64,000 nucleotides of DNA from the NCBI GenBank assembly GCA_965218435.1, contig CBDCKW010000009.1, forward strand, positions 832,001 through 896,000, written 5' to 3'. Source of the DNA: Truepera sp. (GTDB taxonomy: Bacteria; Deinococcota; Deinococci; Deinococcales; Trueperaceae). Below, piece after piece: positions 1 through 9,804 of this stretch; positions within the stretch are counted from its first letter, which is position 1, and each line of letters begins with the position of its first letter. Both the position numbers and the translations under genes were made by a program. A model generated the notes under the pieces. The model worked only from the letters and a program-made list of their open reading frames with translations, was not told the origin of the DNA and ran no database searches.

Positions 1-228
1 GTAAACGGTTGGGCGCGTGCCGTTCCAGACAGCTTGCGCCAAGACAAACCCGGCAGCTCGGCCTTCTCTGACAGCAACAAAGGCGTGACCGGTGCGGACG
101 TAAAACGACACGCTGCTCCTCGTCAAGATAGGTTCCAAGCCAAATTTTTCAGCGTAGGCCGTCTCGAGCGGCTCCAACAGCTCTTGGTCATCCGGGATCA
201 GTGGACGGGCAAAAGTCAGAGAGGCCAT
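1..228 (-). CDS. DUF1999-like (GNAT-like, Deinococcota-type) protein, N-terminal part; runs off window
   Basis: Manual translation from ATG at 228: MASLTFARPLIPDDQELLEPLE...SFYVRTGHAFVAV...GFVLAQAVWNGTRPT. It starts directly after the moaC stop and is not in the ORF track. Confidence 0.65.
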   Translation of the reverse strand, partial: MASLTFARPLIPDDQELLEPLETAYAEKFGLEPILTRSSVSFYVRTGHAFVAVREGRAAGFVLAQAVWNGTRPTVY

Positions 229-229
229 C

Positions 230-694
230 CTAAGCCTGCCCTGTCCAAGCGCCCGACTTACCGCCGGTTTTTGAAAGCAGCTTGATCTCCTCGATCACCA
301 TCCCTTTGCCGTAGGCTTTAAGCATATCGTAGAGCGTCAGCGCGGCTACACTCGCCGCAGTGAGGGCCTCCATCTCGACCCCGGTTTGGGCGTTGACGCG
401 GCAGAGCGCCGTAAACGTCACGCGCCGCTCTGCCGCGTCCGTTTCACCCCGCACCGAGACTTTGGTCAAACTCAGCGGGTGACAGAGCGGAATCAGCTCA
501 CTCGTGCGTTTGGCCGCCATAATCCCGGCGAGTTCGGCGACGGCTACCGGGTCGCCCTTCTCCGGGCCGAGTTCTAAGGCCCGGTACACCTCTTCGGGCA
601 AAAGAACACGCGAACGTGCGACTGCTTCGCGGGCCGTCTCCACCTTGCCTGAGACGTCAACCATCACGGCCTTGCCGTTTTCAAAATGGGTCAT
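230..694 (-). CDS. moaC: Cyclic pyranopterin monophosphate synthase MoaC
   Basis: Motifs MVDVSGK, AAKRTSELIPLCHPL, TGVEMEALTA, LYDMLKA, KTGGKSG. Confidence 0.97.
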   Translation of the reverse strand: MTHFENGKAVMVDVSGKVETAREAVARSRVLLPEEVYRALELGPEKGDPVAVAELAGIMAAKRTSELIPLCHPLSLTKVSVRGETDAAERRVTFTALCRVNAQTGVEMEALTAASVAALTLYDMLKAYGKGMVIEEIKLLSKTGGKSGAWTGQA

Positions 695-824
695 AGCTAT
701 GAGTATAGGTGAGTCCAGGGCAGATATTGTTCGGAAACGCTGCCAAAAGTTGCGCAGCTGGGTGCTTGTAACGTCGGCTTACGATGTGCATAAGTTAACT
801 CAGAGGTTTTTCTAGGCTGAACGC

Positions 825-889
825 TTGCACTTTGCCGGACTTCGTGCTACGCTTCTGGGCGATTAGCTCAGTTTACGAAACCGTTTTCG
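825..889 (+). promoter_or_regulatory. sigma70-type promoter and LacI-type operator of the sugar ABC operon
   Basis: TTGCAC(825)-17 bp-TACGCT(848), then CG-centred imperfect palindrome CGAAACCGTTTTCG (876-889). Confidence 0.6.
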
Positions 890-945
890 CGGTCTAGGTG
901 TGGCCCCTTAGGTTGCTCTTTGACCGCCTGACGAAAGGTAGTTTT

Positions 946-1926
946 TTGTCGAGTCGTGTCTCAATTCGGAGTGTGGCAGAGGCCGCAGGGGTCACTATCG
1001 GAACCGTATCAAAGTCACTCAACGGTGACCGCGAGATTTCCGAAGCGACGCGGGTGCGCGTACAAAAAGTTGCGCGTGAGCTCGGTTACCGGCCGATGGC
1101 GCAGGCACGGGGGCTGGCGCGGGGACATACCGGCAACGTGGCCGTGGCGGTGCGGAGTGTTTTTTTGCCGGTGTTTGCCAGCGCATTTTACGGTGAAGTC
1201 TTAGCCGGGGTTGAGGCTGAACTCGAGCGTCACGACCTCAATTTGCTCTTAACCAGCCTTAAGTACGGTGACGACCTTTTACGGCTCGCTTCGGAGCGCC
1301 GCGCCGACGGCGTTTTATATATCGGCTACGACCTCGAGCCCAGCTTTTTACGTGAGCTGAGCCGCCTTATTCCCTTAGTCGTGGTTGACGGCGAGGTTGA
1401 CGGGGTGAGCAGTGTCGTCAGTCAAAACGTCGAAGGGGCGAGGGGCGCGGCGCAGCACCTGGTAGCGCGGGGGCGCAGGCGACTGAGCTTTGCGGCGAGT
1501 ACCCTGACGCAACCCAACTTTCGAGCACGTTACGGAGGATTTCGTGAGGTGCTCGCTGAAGCTGGTTTGGAGCCTGGTCCCGTCATCGAAGGTTGGAGCT
1601 TTACCGACCTCTGCACGCAGCTTCGGCACCTTTTGCTCACCTTTCACCCCGACGGGATCGTCTGCGCGAACGACGTGGTGGGTTACTCCGTGTTACAGGT
1701 TTTAGAAACGCTCGGCGTTCGGACGCCGGAAGACGTGGCCGTCATCGGGTACGACGGCACTGCCGGAGCCGAGTACCGCCGCACGCGCCTGAGCACAGTC
1801 GTCGTTGACAAACGTGAACTCGGCGCAGCGGGGGTGCGCACACTCTTAGAACGACTGGCGCACCCCCAAAGGCTGCCACAGCAAGTGGTGATTCCAAGTT
1901 TACTCGAGCCGGGAGATACGTCATGA
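946..1926 (+). CDS. LacI-family transcriptional regulator
   Basis: HTH SIRSVAEAAGVTIGTVSKSLNG, LGYRP hinge, VAVIGYD sugar-binding domain. TTG start at 946 follows GAAAGG; the ORF track starts it at 898. Confidence 0.95.
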   Translation: MSSRVSIRSVAEAAGVTIGTVSKSLNGDREISEATRVRVQKVARELGYRPMAQARGLARGHTGNVAVAVRSVFLPVFASAFYGEVLAGVEAELERHDLNLLLTSLKYGDDLLRLASERRADGVLYIGYDLEPSFLRELSRLIPLVVVDGEVDGVSSVVSQNVEGARGAAQHLVARGRRRLSFAASTLTQPNFRARYGGFREVLAEAGLEPGPVIEGWSFTDLCTQLRHLLLTFHPDGIVCANDVVGYSVLQVLETLGVRTPEDVAVIGYDGTAGAEYRRTRLSTVVVDKRELGAAGVRTLLERLAHPQRLPQQVVIPSLLEPGDTS

Positions 1927-2011
1927 GCCCGTAGCTAGTGCCTGGGCCTGTAAAGGAGGCTTTAGCGTCCGCCGTCAACCCTTCACATCTCTCAGTGACT
2001 CGAGGAGACAC

Positions 2012-3724
2012 ATGAAAAAGTTTGTTTCACTAGCACTTCTTGCCGCAGCGTTACTCGGCGTGGCAAGTGCGCAAAACCTGCCGCGTAACCAAACGCTCTA
2101 TATCGCAGGGCACCAGTGGGGACCCCCCACGTCGTTTAACCCGGTCGGTCCGGTTCGCGCCTGGCCTGTCAACGAAGGCGGCGGTTTTAACCTGATCTAC
2201 GAATCCCTGTTGACCTTTAACCAAGTCACCGGCGACTTAGACCCCCGGTTGGCTAAATCGTTAGAAGAAAAAGGCAACACCTTTGTCGTGACGTTGCAAC
2301 CCGGTACCGCGTTTCAAGACGGCACCCCGCTCACCAGCGCCGACGTGGTGTACTCGTTTGAACTCGGCAAACGTCAGAGCGTGGACTACTCGTCTATCTG
2401 GGATTACATCACCAAAGTCGAAGCGACGGATGATCGCACCGTGACCTTTACGCTTAATCCCGACAAGCTTAATCCCGGCATTGTCCGTAATTACATGACC
2501 ACCGTAGCCATCTTGCCGCAAAAAATTTGGGAAGGCATTGAGAAAAATAACAAATCGCTCGCCGAGTTTACCAACATGGAACCGGTCGGGTCGGGGCCGT
2601 ACACGCTTGCGAGCGCGAACAACGAGCGCATCATTCTTAAACGCGCCGACAACTACTGGGGCGAGAGCATCTACGGCAAACCCGCGCCCGTCAACATCGT
2701 TCACCCGATTCTCGCCTCGAACGACGCCGCCAACCTAGCCTTTTCGCAGGGCCAAATTGACCTGTCGCAAACCTTTATTCCTGAAGTCTGGAAGCTCGAG
2801 GATGCGGGCAAGCCGATCGGTACTTGGACGAATAAGTCTCCCTATTACCTGCCCGGTTCGATTCCGATGCTCTGGATTAACGTCCAACTTCCCGGTTTAG
2901 ATAATCCGGCCGTGCGCCGCGCCCTCGCCTACACCATCAACTACCCGCTCATCGTCCAGACCGCGATGTCGGACTACTCGGTACCCGCCAAAGCCAGCTT
3001 GATTATCCCCTCCGGCAGCGAAGAGACCTACTTTAACGCCGAAAGCGAAGCGGTGGACAGCGAAGGCTGGAGCTATGACCCGAACAAAGCAGTTGACATC
3101 CTCGAGAACGAACTCGGCGCGAAAAAAGGCGGCGACGGTATCTACGTCTTGCCTGACGGCACGCGTTTAGGGCCGTGGGAAGTGACTGCGCCGTACGGTT
3201 GGAGCGACTGGAACCAGACGCTCGAGATCGTCGCCTCAGGTGCGCAAGCCGTCGGTTTCGACATCAAAACGAACTTCCCCGAAGCCTCAGTCTGGCAGAC
3301 CGACTGGCAAAACGGTAACTTCCAGCTGGCGATGGGGTGGGCTGCCGGCGTGAACGCCGCCGGTCCGTGGCCCCGTTTCCGCGACGTGATGGATATTCGC
3401 GGCGTGCCTAAAGTCGGCGAAACCGCCTTCTGGAACTACGGCCGTTACAGCAACCCTAAAGTTGCCGACCTTCTCGACAAAGCTGCCGTGGCCAGCCCCG
3501 ATGAGCAGGGTCAGTACTACACCCAGCTCGATACGATCTTCCGCCAGGACATCCCGATCATCCCGCTGATGTACCGCCCGCAGCAGTTTTACACCTATAA
3601 CACCGGCGTCTGGCATAACTTCCCGACCGCCGAAAACCCCTACGCGCCGCCTGCACACAGCCAGTCGGGGATCAAGGTGATCTTTAACATCACCAACGAA
3701 GAGCAGACGAGTCAGGCGAAATAG
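2012..3724 (+). CDS. ABC transporter substrate-binding protein, family 5 (probable cello-/manno-oligosaccharide binding)
   Basis: Signal peptide, FQDGTPLTSADVVYSF, PVGSGPY, Trp-rich. GGAGA RBS and LacI/glycosidase context. Confidence 0.92.
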   Translation: MKKFVSLALLAAALLGVASAQNLPRNQTLYIAGHQWGPPTSFNPVGPVRAWPVNEGGGFNLIYESLLTFNQVTGDLDPRLAKSLEEKGNTFVVTLQPGTAFQDGTPLTSADVVYSFELGKRQSVDYSSIWDYITKVEATDDRTVTFTLNPDKLNPGIVRNYMTTVAILPQKIWEGIEKNNKSLAEFTNMEPVGSGPYTLASANNERIILKRADNYWGESIYGKPAPVNIVHPILASNDAANLAFSQGQIDLSQTFIPEVWKLEDAGKPIGTWTNKSPYYLPGSIPMLWINVQLPGLDNPAVRRALAYTINYPLIVQTAMSDYSVPAKASLIIPSGSEETYFNAESEAVDSEGWSYDPNKAVDILENELGAKKGGDGIYVLPDGTRLGPWEVTAPYGWSDWNQTLEIVASGAQAVGFDIKTNFPEASVWQTDWQNGNFQLAMGWAAGVNAAGPWPRFRDVMDIRGVPKVGETAFWNYGRYSNPKVADLLDKAAVASPDEQGQYYTQLDTIFRQDIPIIPLMYRPQQFYTYNTGVWHNFPTAENPYAPPAHSQSGIKVIFNITNEEQTSQAK

Positions 3725-3740
3725 CCGCCTAACGCCTAGT

Positions 3741-3774
3741 AGGGTGCCGGACTGTTGACTGTTCCGGCACCCTT
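3741..3774 (+). terminator. Stem-loop after the binding-protein gene (partial terminator or mRNA stabiliser)
   Basis: AGGGTGCCGGA...TCCGGCACCCT inverted repeat. Confidence 0.65.
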
Positions 3775-3807
3775 CAAGAGACCTTACGGAACTGAGTTTA
3801 TGAAAAT

Positions 3808-4818
3808 ATGAAACCGTTTCAACGTTATCTTCTCAATAAATTATTCTGGTATCTGCTCGCCTTCGTTGCAGCGATGGCGCTCAACTTCTTTTTGCCCCGC
3901 CTGGTTCCCGGTAATCCGGTAGACGGTATCGTCTCACAGATGGCGCGGGGTGGCGGCACTTCGGGCGAGGCGCTGCAGCGCGTGTACGACACCTATATCA
4001 CGGAGTTCGGGCTCGACAAATCGCCGGTAGAGCAGTTTATCACCTATTTGGGCAGCCTCTTTCGCGGCGACCTCGGGACCTCGCTCGGCAACTATCCGAC
4101 GAGCGTCAATAAGATTATCGGCGCGGCGCTGCCGTGGACGTTGGCGCTGCAACTCCCGACGATTTTGCTCGGCTGGATTTTGGGTAACATTTTGGGGGCT
4201 TTAGCTGCGTACAAAGGCGGCTGGGTAGATCGGGGCGCGTTTTTAGGGTCGCTGGCGTTCTCGAGCATCCCTTACTACGGCCTCGCTATTTTGCTCCTCT
4301 ATGTCTTCGCCGTCGCGTTGCCGTGGTTTCCGACCGGCGGCGCGTACGGGTTTGCGTCGTCCCCGAGTTGGACCTGGGGCTTTATCACCGACGCCGCGCA
4401 GCACTACGTGTTGCCGTTTTTGTCGCTGCTCTTAATCGTCGTAGGCGGTCAAGCGATTGGCATGCGCTCGATGGCGATCTATGAACTCGGCGCGGATTAT
4501 GTCGGGTACGAACGGAGTTTAGGCTTGCGCGAACCTCGTATCGTCCGGGGCATCTTTCGTAACGCGGTCTTGCCGCAGATTACCGGGTTGGCCCTATCAA
4601 TCGGCGCACTCGCCGGGGGCGCACTGATCACTGAAATCGTCTTTTCGTATCCGGGCCTCGGTACCGTCTTGTTTAACGCCATCCGGCAAAACGACTATCC
4701 GGTCATTCAAGGCGTGACGATGCTGATTACCGTGGCCGTATTAGCCGCCAACTTTTTGGTTGACCTGACCTACGGTCTGATTGACCCACGCATTCGCACA
4801 GCGGGGGCGGAAGCATGA
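3808..4818 (+). CDS. ABC transporter permease (DppB/OppB type)
   Basis: FFLPRLVPGNP, GDLGTS, FRNAVLPQIT, ITEIVFSYPGLG, DPRI. Confidence 0.95.
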   Translation: MKPFQRYLLNKLFWYLLAFVAAMALNFFLPRLVPGNPVDGIVSQMARGGGTSGEALQRVYDTYITEFGLDKSPVEQFITYLGSLFRGDLGTSLGNYPTSVNKIIGAALPWTLALQLPTILLGWILGNILGALAAYKGGWVDRGAFLGSLAFSSIPYYGLAILLLYVFAVALPWFPTGGAYGFASSPSWTWGFITDAAQHYVLPFLSLLLIVVGGQAIGMRSMAIYELGADYVGYERSLGLREPRIVRGIFRNAVLPQITGLALSIGALAGGALITEIVFSYPGLGTVLFNAIRQNDYPVIQGVTMLITVAVLAANFLVDLTYGLIDPRIRTAGAEA

Positions 4819-5645
4819 TCCGGGCGCTGTTTCGGAGCGGGCGTTTTCGCGTGTCGTTTGTTCTTATCGTCTTAATCGTCGTCGCTGCGGTAGTGGGGCC
4901 GCTGCTCGATGACCGTAACCCGCGGTTTGCGGTCGGTGGTCGCTACGATTCGCCGTCGGCGGGGGTGTGGCTCGGTACCGACGCCATCGGCAACGACGTT
5001 TTTTTACAGCTTATGCACGGCCTCGGCACTTCTCTCTATATCGGCCTCGTTGCAGGGATCGTGGCGACGCTGATCGGTGTTGCCGTTGGGACGCTTTCTG
5101 GCTACCTCGGCGGGTTGCTCGACGAAATTCTGATGGGCTTGACGAATATCTTGATTACCGTCCCGACGATTGTGATCTTGGTGCTCTTGTCGGTCGCGCT
5201 CCAAAACCGTTCGACACTTTTACTAGGCGTCATTATCGGCGTGACGAGTTGGCCGTGGACGGCGCGGGCGGTGCGGGCACAGACAAGCTCGCTCAAAACG
5301 CGTGAACACGTGGACATTGCCAAACTTTCGGGGGCCGGAACGTTCGGGGTGATCGTCCGTGAAATCTTGCCGTATATGGCCTCGTACGTGGTGATGGCGT
5401 TTGTGTTGCAACTCTCGAGCGGCATTCTGAACGAAGCGGGTTTGAGTCTCCTGGGCCTCGGCCCGAGCCAGAGCGTCTCGCTTGGCAAAATGTTGCAGAG
5501 CGCCCTCCAAGGTGAGGCGCTGAGGACTGGCGCGTACTGGGCGATTTTGCCGCAAACGATCCTCTTGTCTATCATCGCGTTTTCGCTCCTACTCCTCCAG
5601 TCGAGCCTGGACGAACTCTTTAATCCCCGCCTGAGGCGCAGCTGA
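4815..5645 (+). CDS. ABC transporter permease (DppC/OppC type)
   Basis: WLGTDAIGNDV, EAGLSLLGLG, NPRLR. Overlaps the upstream stop (ATGA). Confidence 0.95.
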   Translation: MIRALFRSGRFRVSFVLIVLIVVAAVVGPLLDDRNPRFAVGGRYDSPSAGVWLGTDAIGNDVFLQLMHGLGTSLYIGLVAGIVATLIGVAVGTLSGYLGGLLDEILMGLTNILITVPTIVILVLLSVALQNRSTLLLGVIIGVTSWPWTARAVRAQTSSLKTREHVDIAKLSGAGTFGVIVREILPYMASYVVMAFVLQLSSGILNEAGLSLLGLGPSQSVSLGKMLQSALQGEALRTGAYWAILPQTILLSIIAFSLLLLQSSLDELFNPRLRRS

Positions 5646-6643
5646 TGGATCAACTGTTAAGTGTCCACGACGTGCGTGCCGCCTACCGGTTGCCGAACGG
5701 CAAGACTTTACGCGCTGTTGACGGCGTGTCGTTAGAATTGCGGGAAGGCGAAGTGCTGGGCGTCGTCGGGGAGTCGGGCTGCGGTAAGTCCACCTTGGCG
5801 ACGATTTTAGCCCTCAACGCAGCGCCGCCCCTCTATGTTGAGAGTGGCACTGTCCAACTCGAGGGACACCGCGCCGACCTGAGAAAACGCGACGCTTTGC
5901 CCCGCAGCGAACGGGGCAAGCTGATCTCAGTGTTGCCGCAGAGTGCGATGAACTCGATCAACCCGACGACGCGGGTTCGTGACCTGGCGTTTGACGTGCT
6001 GCGGGCACACGAACGCATCTCGCGTAAAGCGGCGTGGAATAGGGCGGGGGCGAGGCTCGAGCAACTCAGCTTACCGACCCGGGTGTTGGAGCGTTACCCG
6101 CACGAACTCTCCGGTGGAATGCGGCAGCGCGTGATTACCGTGATTTCAACCTTGTTAGACCCCAAGATTCTGATCGCCGACGAACCGACCTCGGCCTTAG
6201 ACGTTTCTTCGCAGCGCGCGGTGACCGAAATGCTGCAAGACCTGCTGGCCCGTAAAATTATCTCCGGCGTCCTTTTTATCACCCACGACCTGCCGCTACT
6301 GCGCCACATCGCCGACCGGGTAGCGGTGATGTACGCGGGCAAAATCGCTGAACTCGGCCCGACCGAGCAGGTCATCAGCGCGCCCGAGCACCCCTACGCG
6401 CAGGCGCTCGTCGGTTCAATTTTAGTCCCGGAGCCGTATATCCGGGCTGAGCGGGTTCGCGGCATTCCCGGCTCGCCGCCCGACCTTGCGGCCATGCCCG
6501 AAGGGTGCCGCTTTCATCCGCGCTGTCCGCTCGCCAATGAGAGATGCTTGGAGGACCCGCCGGAGGTCGGCGACCGGACGCACTTTGCAGCTTGCTGGCG
6601 TGTGTACGAAGCAAAGCAGACGTTGGTTGAGGGAGTTCGATGA
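5645..6643 (+). CDS. ABC transporter ATP-binding protein (OppD type)
   Basis: GESGCGKS, LSGGMRQR, IADEPTSALD, C-terminal GCRFHPRC. Confidence 0.96.
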   Translation: MDQLLSVHDVRAAYRLPNGKTLRAVDGVSLELREGEVLGVVGESGCGKSTLATILALNAAPPLYVESGTVQLEGHRADLRKRDALPRSERGKLISVLPQSAMNSINPTTRVRDLAFDVLRAHERISRKAAWNRAGARLEQLSLPTRVLERYPHELSGGMRQRVITVISTLLDPKILIADEPTSALDVSSQRAVTEMLQDLLARKIISGVLFITHDLPLLRHIADRVAVMYAGKIAELGPTEQVISAPEHPYAQALVGSILVPEPYIRAERVRGIPGSPPDLAAMPEGCRFHPRCPLANERCLEDPPEVGDRTHFAACWRVYEAKQTLVEGVR

Positions 6644-7479
6644 ACACGCCTAAGGTAGCGAAAACGAACGGTGCGGTGCAGGTCGTTCCGTCTGCCGCAC
6701 CTGAAAATACGGCGAAAGCGGAGCCGCTGTTGGTCGTCCGCAACCTGACCCGGACGTTCGGTAGTGGCGCGGAAACTGTAACTGCGGTGAAAGACGTTTC
6801 GTTTGAGCTCTACCCCGGCGAAATTGTCGCGTTGGTCGGTGAGTCCGGGAGCGGCAAGTCTACGCTGGCGCGGCTGCTACTGAGGCTGTTAGCGCCGACT
6901 GCCGGTGACATCGAACTCTCAGGACGAAACGTCACCCAGGGGCACAAACGCGACTACTGGCGCGAGGTGCAGGCCGTCTTTCAAGACCCGTTTGCGTCGT
7001 TTAACCAGTTTTACAACGTCCGGCGGGTGATGCTTTCGGCGCTGGGTGTGCTGAAAAAACAACCGAACCGGGCTGAAAAAGACCGGCGACTTAAAGAAGC
7101 ACTCTCGCAGGTTGGGCTTTCCGAATCACTCTTAAACAAGCGCCCGTATGAGCTGTCGGGGGGGCAGCGGCAACGGGTGATGATGGCGCGGGCGCTGATG
7201 CTTAAACCCGAGCTGCTCATCGCCGACGAACCGACCTCGATGTTAGACGCGTCCTTGCGGGTAAGCATCTTAAACCAGCTTAAAGACGTTCGTGATGCGA
7301 CCGGGACGACGCTCTTACTCATTACCCACGACCTCGGCCAAGCGTACTATGTCAGCGACCGGCTTTTGGTCATGTATCAGGGTGAACTCGTCGAAAGCGG
7401 ACCGACCGAACAGGTGGTGGCGCAGAGCCAGCATCCGTATACGCGTTCACTGATTGCGGACGTGCCGACGCTGCACTGA
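6640..7479 (+). CDS. ABC transporter ATP-binding protein (OppF type)
   Basis: GESGSGKS, LSGGQRQR, IADEPTSMLD, HPYT. Confidence 0.96.
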   Translation: MNTPKVAKTNGAVQVVPSAAPENTAKAEPLLVVRNLTRTFGSGAETVTAVKDVSFELYPGEIVALVGESGSGKSTLARLLLRLLAPTAGDIELSGRNVTQGHKRDYWREVQAVFQDPFASFNQFYNVRRVMLSALGVLKKQPNRAEKDRRLKEALSQVGLSESLLNKRPYELSGGQRQRVMMARALMLKPELLIADEPTSMLDASLRVSILNQLKDVRDATGTTLLLITHDLGQAYYVSDRLLVMYQGELVESGPTEQVVAQSQHPYTRSLIADVPTLH

Positions 7480-7741
7480 GGTCGAACTAAAATTGTGCTG
7501 ACGCTGTTAGAGCGGCGTCTGTCTCGAGGGAATAGGGATAGCTCGAGCACTAAGTGCCGCGTCAAGGCGTATCCGTCGGGGCGGCTCTGAACAAATGCGG
7601 CACGTAAAAACGGCAAAAATGTGCGTATCAGCCCAATGCGCCGTGCCGCCTAACACCTAAGCTGTAACTCGCGGGCTCGGCTGCTGTAGTCCGCTGCTGT
7701 AGTCCCAGTGGACTTTGGCCCGCGCCCCTTGAGAGGTTCTT

Positions 7742-8227
7742 ATGAGTCATGCTACCAATCAACCGCTCTTTACCGACCTGGCGCACGTGGCGTTGGCTGC
7801 AGCGGACGTGCAGCAAACCCTGAACTTTTACGAGCTTTTGGGCGTCCGTGAAGCGTTTCGGCTCCATCACGACGACGGCTCATTGATGCTCGTCTATCTG
7901 CACGTCGCGGGTGACCACTTTATCGAGGTGTTTCCGGGCGGCCCAACCCCCGAACCCGACCGGCCGGGGAGTTTCAAGCATATCTGTTTGCTGACGGACG
8001 ATCTGCTCGAGACCGTCGCCGAACTTAGGACGGCAGGCGTGCCGATTGACCGCGAACCGACGCCGGGACTTGACGGCAACCTCCAAGCTTGGATTCACGA
8101 CCCCGACAGCAACGCCATCGAACTCATGGAACTCGACCAAAACTCACCGCAACGCCGGGTGGCGCGGGGTGAACGTCCCGAAGTCGAAAGACTTCAAACC
8201 GACAACCCCGGTAAAGGCTTTGAGTGA
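7742..8227 (+). CDS. VOC/glyoxalase-family protein
   Basis: Metal ligands LAHVAL...FIEVF...FKHICL...DPDSNAIELME. Confidence 0.9.
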   Translation: MSHATNQPLFTDLAHVALAAADVQQTLNFYELLGVREAFRLHHDDGSLMLVYLHVAGDHFIEVFPGGPTPEPDRPGSFKHICLLTDDLLETVAELRTAGVPIDREPTPGLDGNLQAWIHDPDSNAIELMELDQNSPQRRVARGERPEVERLQTDNPGKGFE

Positions 8228-8299
8228 GGCTCGAGCTAAGCTGCCAGCAGTAACTACGGTTGCGGCAGTGAGGTGGCTACCGGTGAAATCCCGGTGTAA

Positions 8300-8761
8300 A
8301 AGCTCAACTTCGACAGCACCGTCAAGGCCTAAGAGACCGTGTTGTACTGGCTTAACCCTCGGCAAACGTCGGCGCTTACCGTTCACCGTGACCAGTTCAA
8401 AACGGAGCAGCCCGAGCGTGAATTTTCAGTCGCCCGGACGGGAAACTAAAAGGCGACATGGTTTTCCGCAGCGGACAAAGACCTCGCGTACCCTGAGCCT
8501 AAACTTACAGGGAGGCTCGCGGGCGACCGCTTGACGGTGACAACGCAGACATCCGTTCGTGACTTGACTCTTTTCGTTGACCGCTTGGGAGCGGACGCTG
8601 AAATTGACGATCAACGCGTCACGCTTTTGCCGGGGGAGAGCTACACCTTTACCGTAAAAGGGCTCGAGGGTATAGACGTGAGCGAGTTGCTCAGGCCGCC
8701 GGTGATAAACTGTGCGAACCGTTTTGGACGTAAAGAGGCTAAAGCCGTAGCTGGAACATAA
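8300..8761 (+). pseudogene. 3' remnant of a GH2 beta-mannosidase-like gene (5' boundary approximate)
   Basis: Frame reads PEREFSVARTGN*KATWFSAADKDLAYPEP...VRDLTLFVDRL...DDQRVTLLPGESYTFTV, resembling beta-mannosidase C-termini. There is an in-frame TAA near 8446 and no catalytic domain upstream. Confidence 0.7.
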
Positions 8762-8790
8762 GCTAACGTATAATTCTACCCGGAGGTGGT

Positions 8791-9417
8791 GTGGTGTCTT
8801 ATCTTGGCTTACTGAGCGGCATTATGGCAGTTCATCTCGCGGCTGTAATCAGTCCCGGCCCCAACTTTTTAGTGATTACCCAGACGTCTATTCGGGACTC
8901 GCGCTATTCGGGACTCTCGAGCGCCGTAGGCGTCGCTTTCGCGTCGGCGTTATGGGCTCTTGTCGCGCTGTTAGGCGTAAGCGTTTTGTTTGAGACCGCG
9001 ACCTGGCTCTACAGTTTGCTCAAACTGCTGGGTGGGGCTTACCTCATCTATCTTGGCGTCCAGAGCTGGCGGCATTCCAAAAAGCTCTTACTAAGTTCCG
9101 AAGCGCCTCTTGCCACTCGTTCTGCTTGGCGTTCTTTTCGCACCGGCTTTTTGACCAACCTAACAAATCCTAAAGCAGCCGTCTTTTTCGGCAGTATTTT
9201 CGCCGCTCTGCTCTCACCCTCGCTCCCTCTTTGGGTAAGGGGCGCAGCGGTTGGTCTAGTCTTTTTCAATGCGCTCTGGTGGTACGCGCTGGTCGCAGTG
9301 GTATTTTCGGCGCGGAAGGTACAACAAGCTTATGCCAAGGCTAAACGCTATATTGACCGAGCTGTAGGCGGATTTTTGGTGTTGTTAGGCTTACGGCTGG
9401 TGCTCTCGAGCCGCTAA
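8791..9417 (+). CDS. LysE/RhtB family amino-acid exporter
   Basis: SPGPN, LKLLGGAYLIYLG, FLTNLTNPKAAVFF. Confidence 0.95.
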   Translation: MVSYLGLLSGIMAVHLAAVISPGPNFLVITQTSIRDSRYSGLSSAVGVAFASALWALVALLGVSVLFETATWLYSLLKLLGGAYLIYLGVQSWRHSKKLLLSSEAPLATRSAWRSFRTGFLTNLTNPKAAVFFGSIFAALLSPSLPLWVRGAAVGLVFFNALWWYALVAVVFSARKVQQAYAKAKRYIDRAVGGFLVLLGLRLVLSSR

Positions 9418-9446
9418 AACTAAAAACTTCCGTAACTAAAGAATGG

Positions 9447-9656
9447 CTATTTTAGTGGTCTTGCCACCCTCTGAACCAGGCTTTGAGTCAGCTCTGCAAC
9501 TTCTATATCGGCCCCTACCCCGCAGTGTGGACAGGCGACGTTGAGAGCTTGTAAGTGATTGTCATTTCCCGAAAAAACAGGTTTGACCAAAAACTGCTCT
9601 AAGTTTTTGCCACAGCTGGGACACACGTTTTTCTGCAAACCAAAATTTGATTTCAT
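9447..9656 (-). CDS. Small Zn-ribbon protein (69 aa)
   Basis: CPSC...CPHC pair. GAGGGG RBS a few nt before the ATG at 9656. Confidence 0.5.
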   Translation of the reverse strand: MKSNFGLQKNVCPSCGKNLEQFLVKPVFSGNDNHLQALNVACPHCGVGADIEVAELTQSLVQRVARPLK

Positions 9657-9699
9657 AAAAACCCCCTCAACTAGGTTTAACCTAGTTGAGGGGGTTTTT
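9657..9699. terminator. Perfect 21-bp inverted repeat (bidirectional terminator-like; RBS-sequestering)
   Basis: AAAAACCCCCTCAACTAGGTT-T-AACCTAGTTGAGGGGGTTTTT. Confidence 0.75.
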
Positions 9700-9804
9700 A
9701 GTAGACGCGTTTGTGCAAGAAACTTAGGTTTCCCGTACCACTGCTCGTACAAGTAGGTGCGGGCTCGAGCTGGGACTTTGAAGATGCGTAGCCTGCTCGG
9801 GCCT

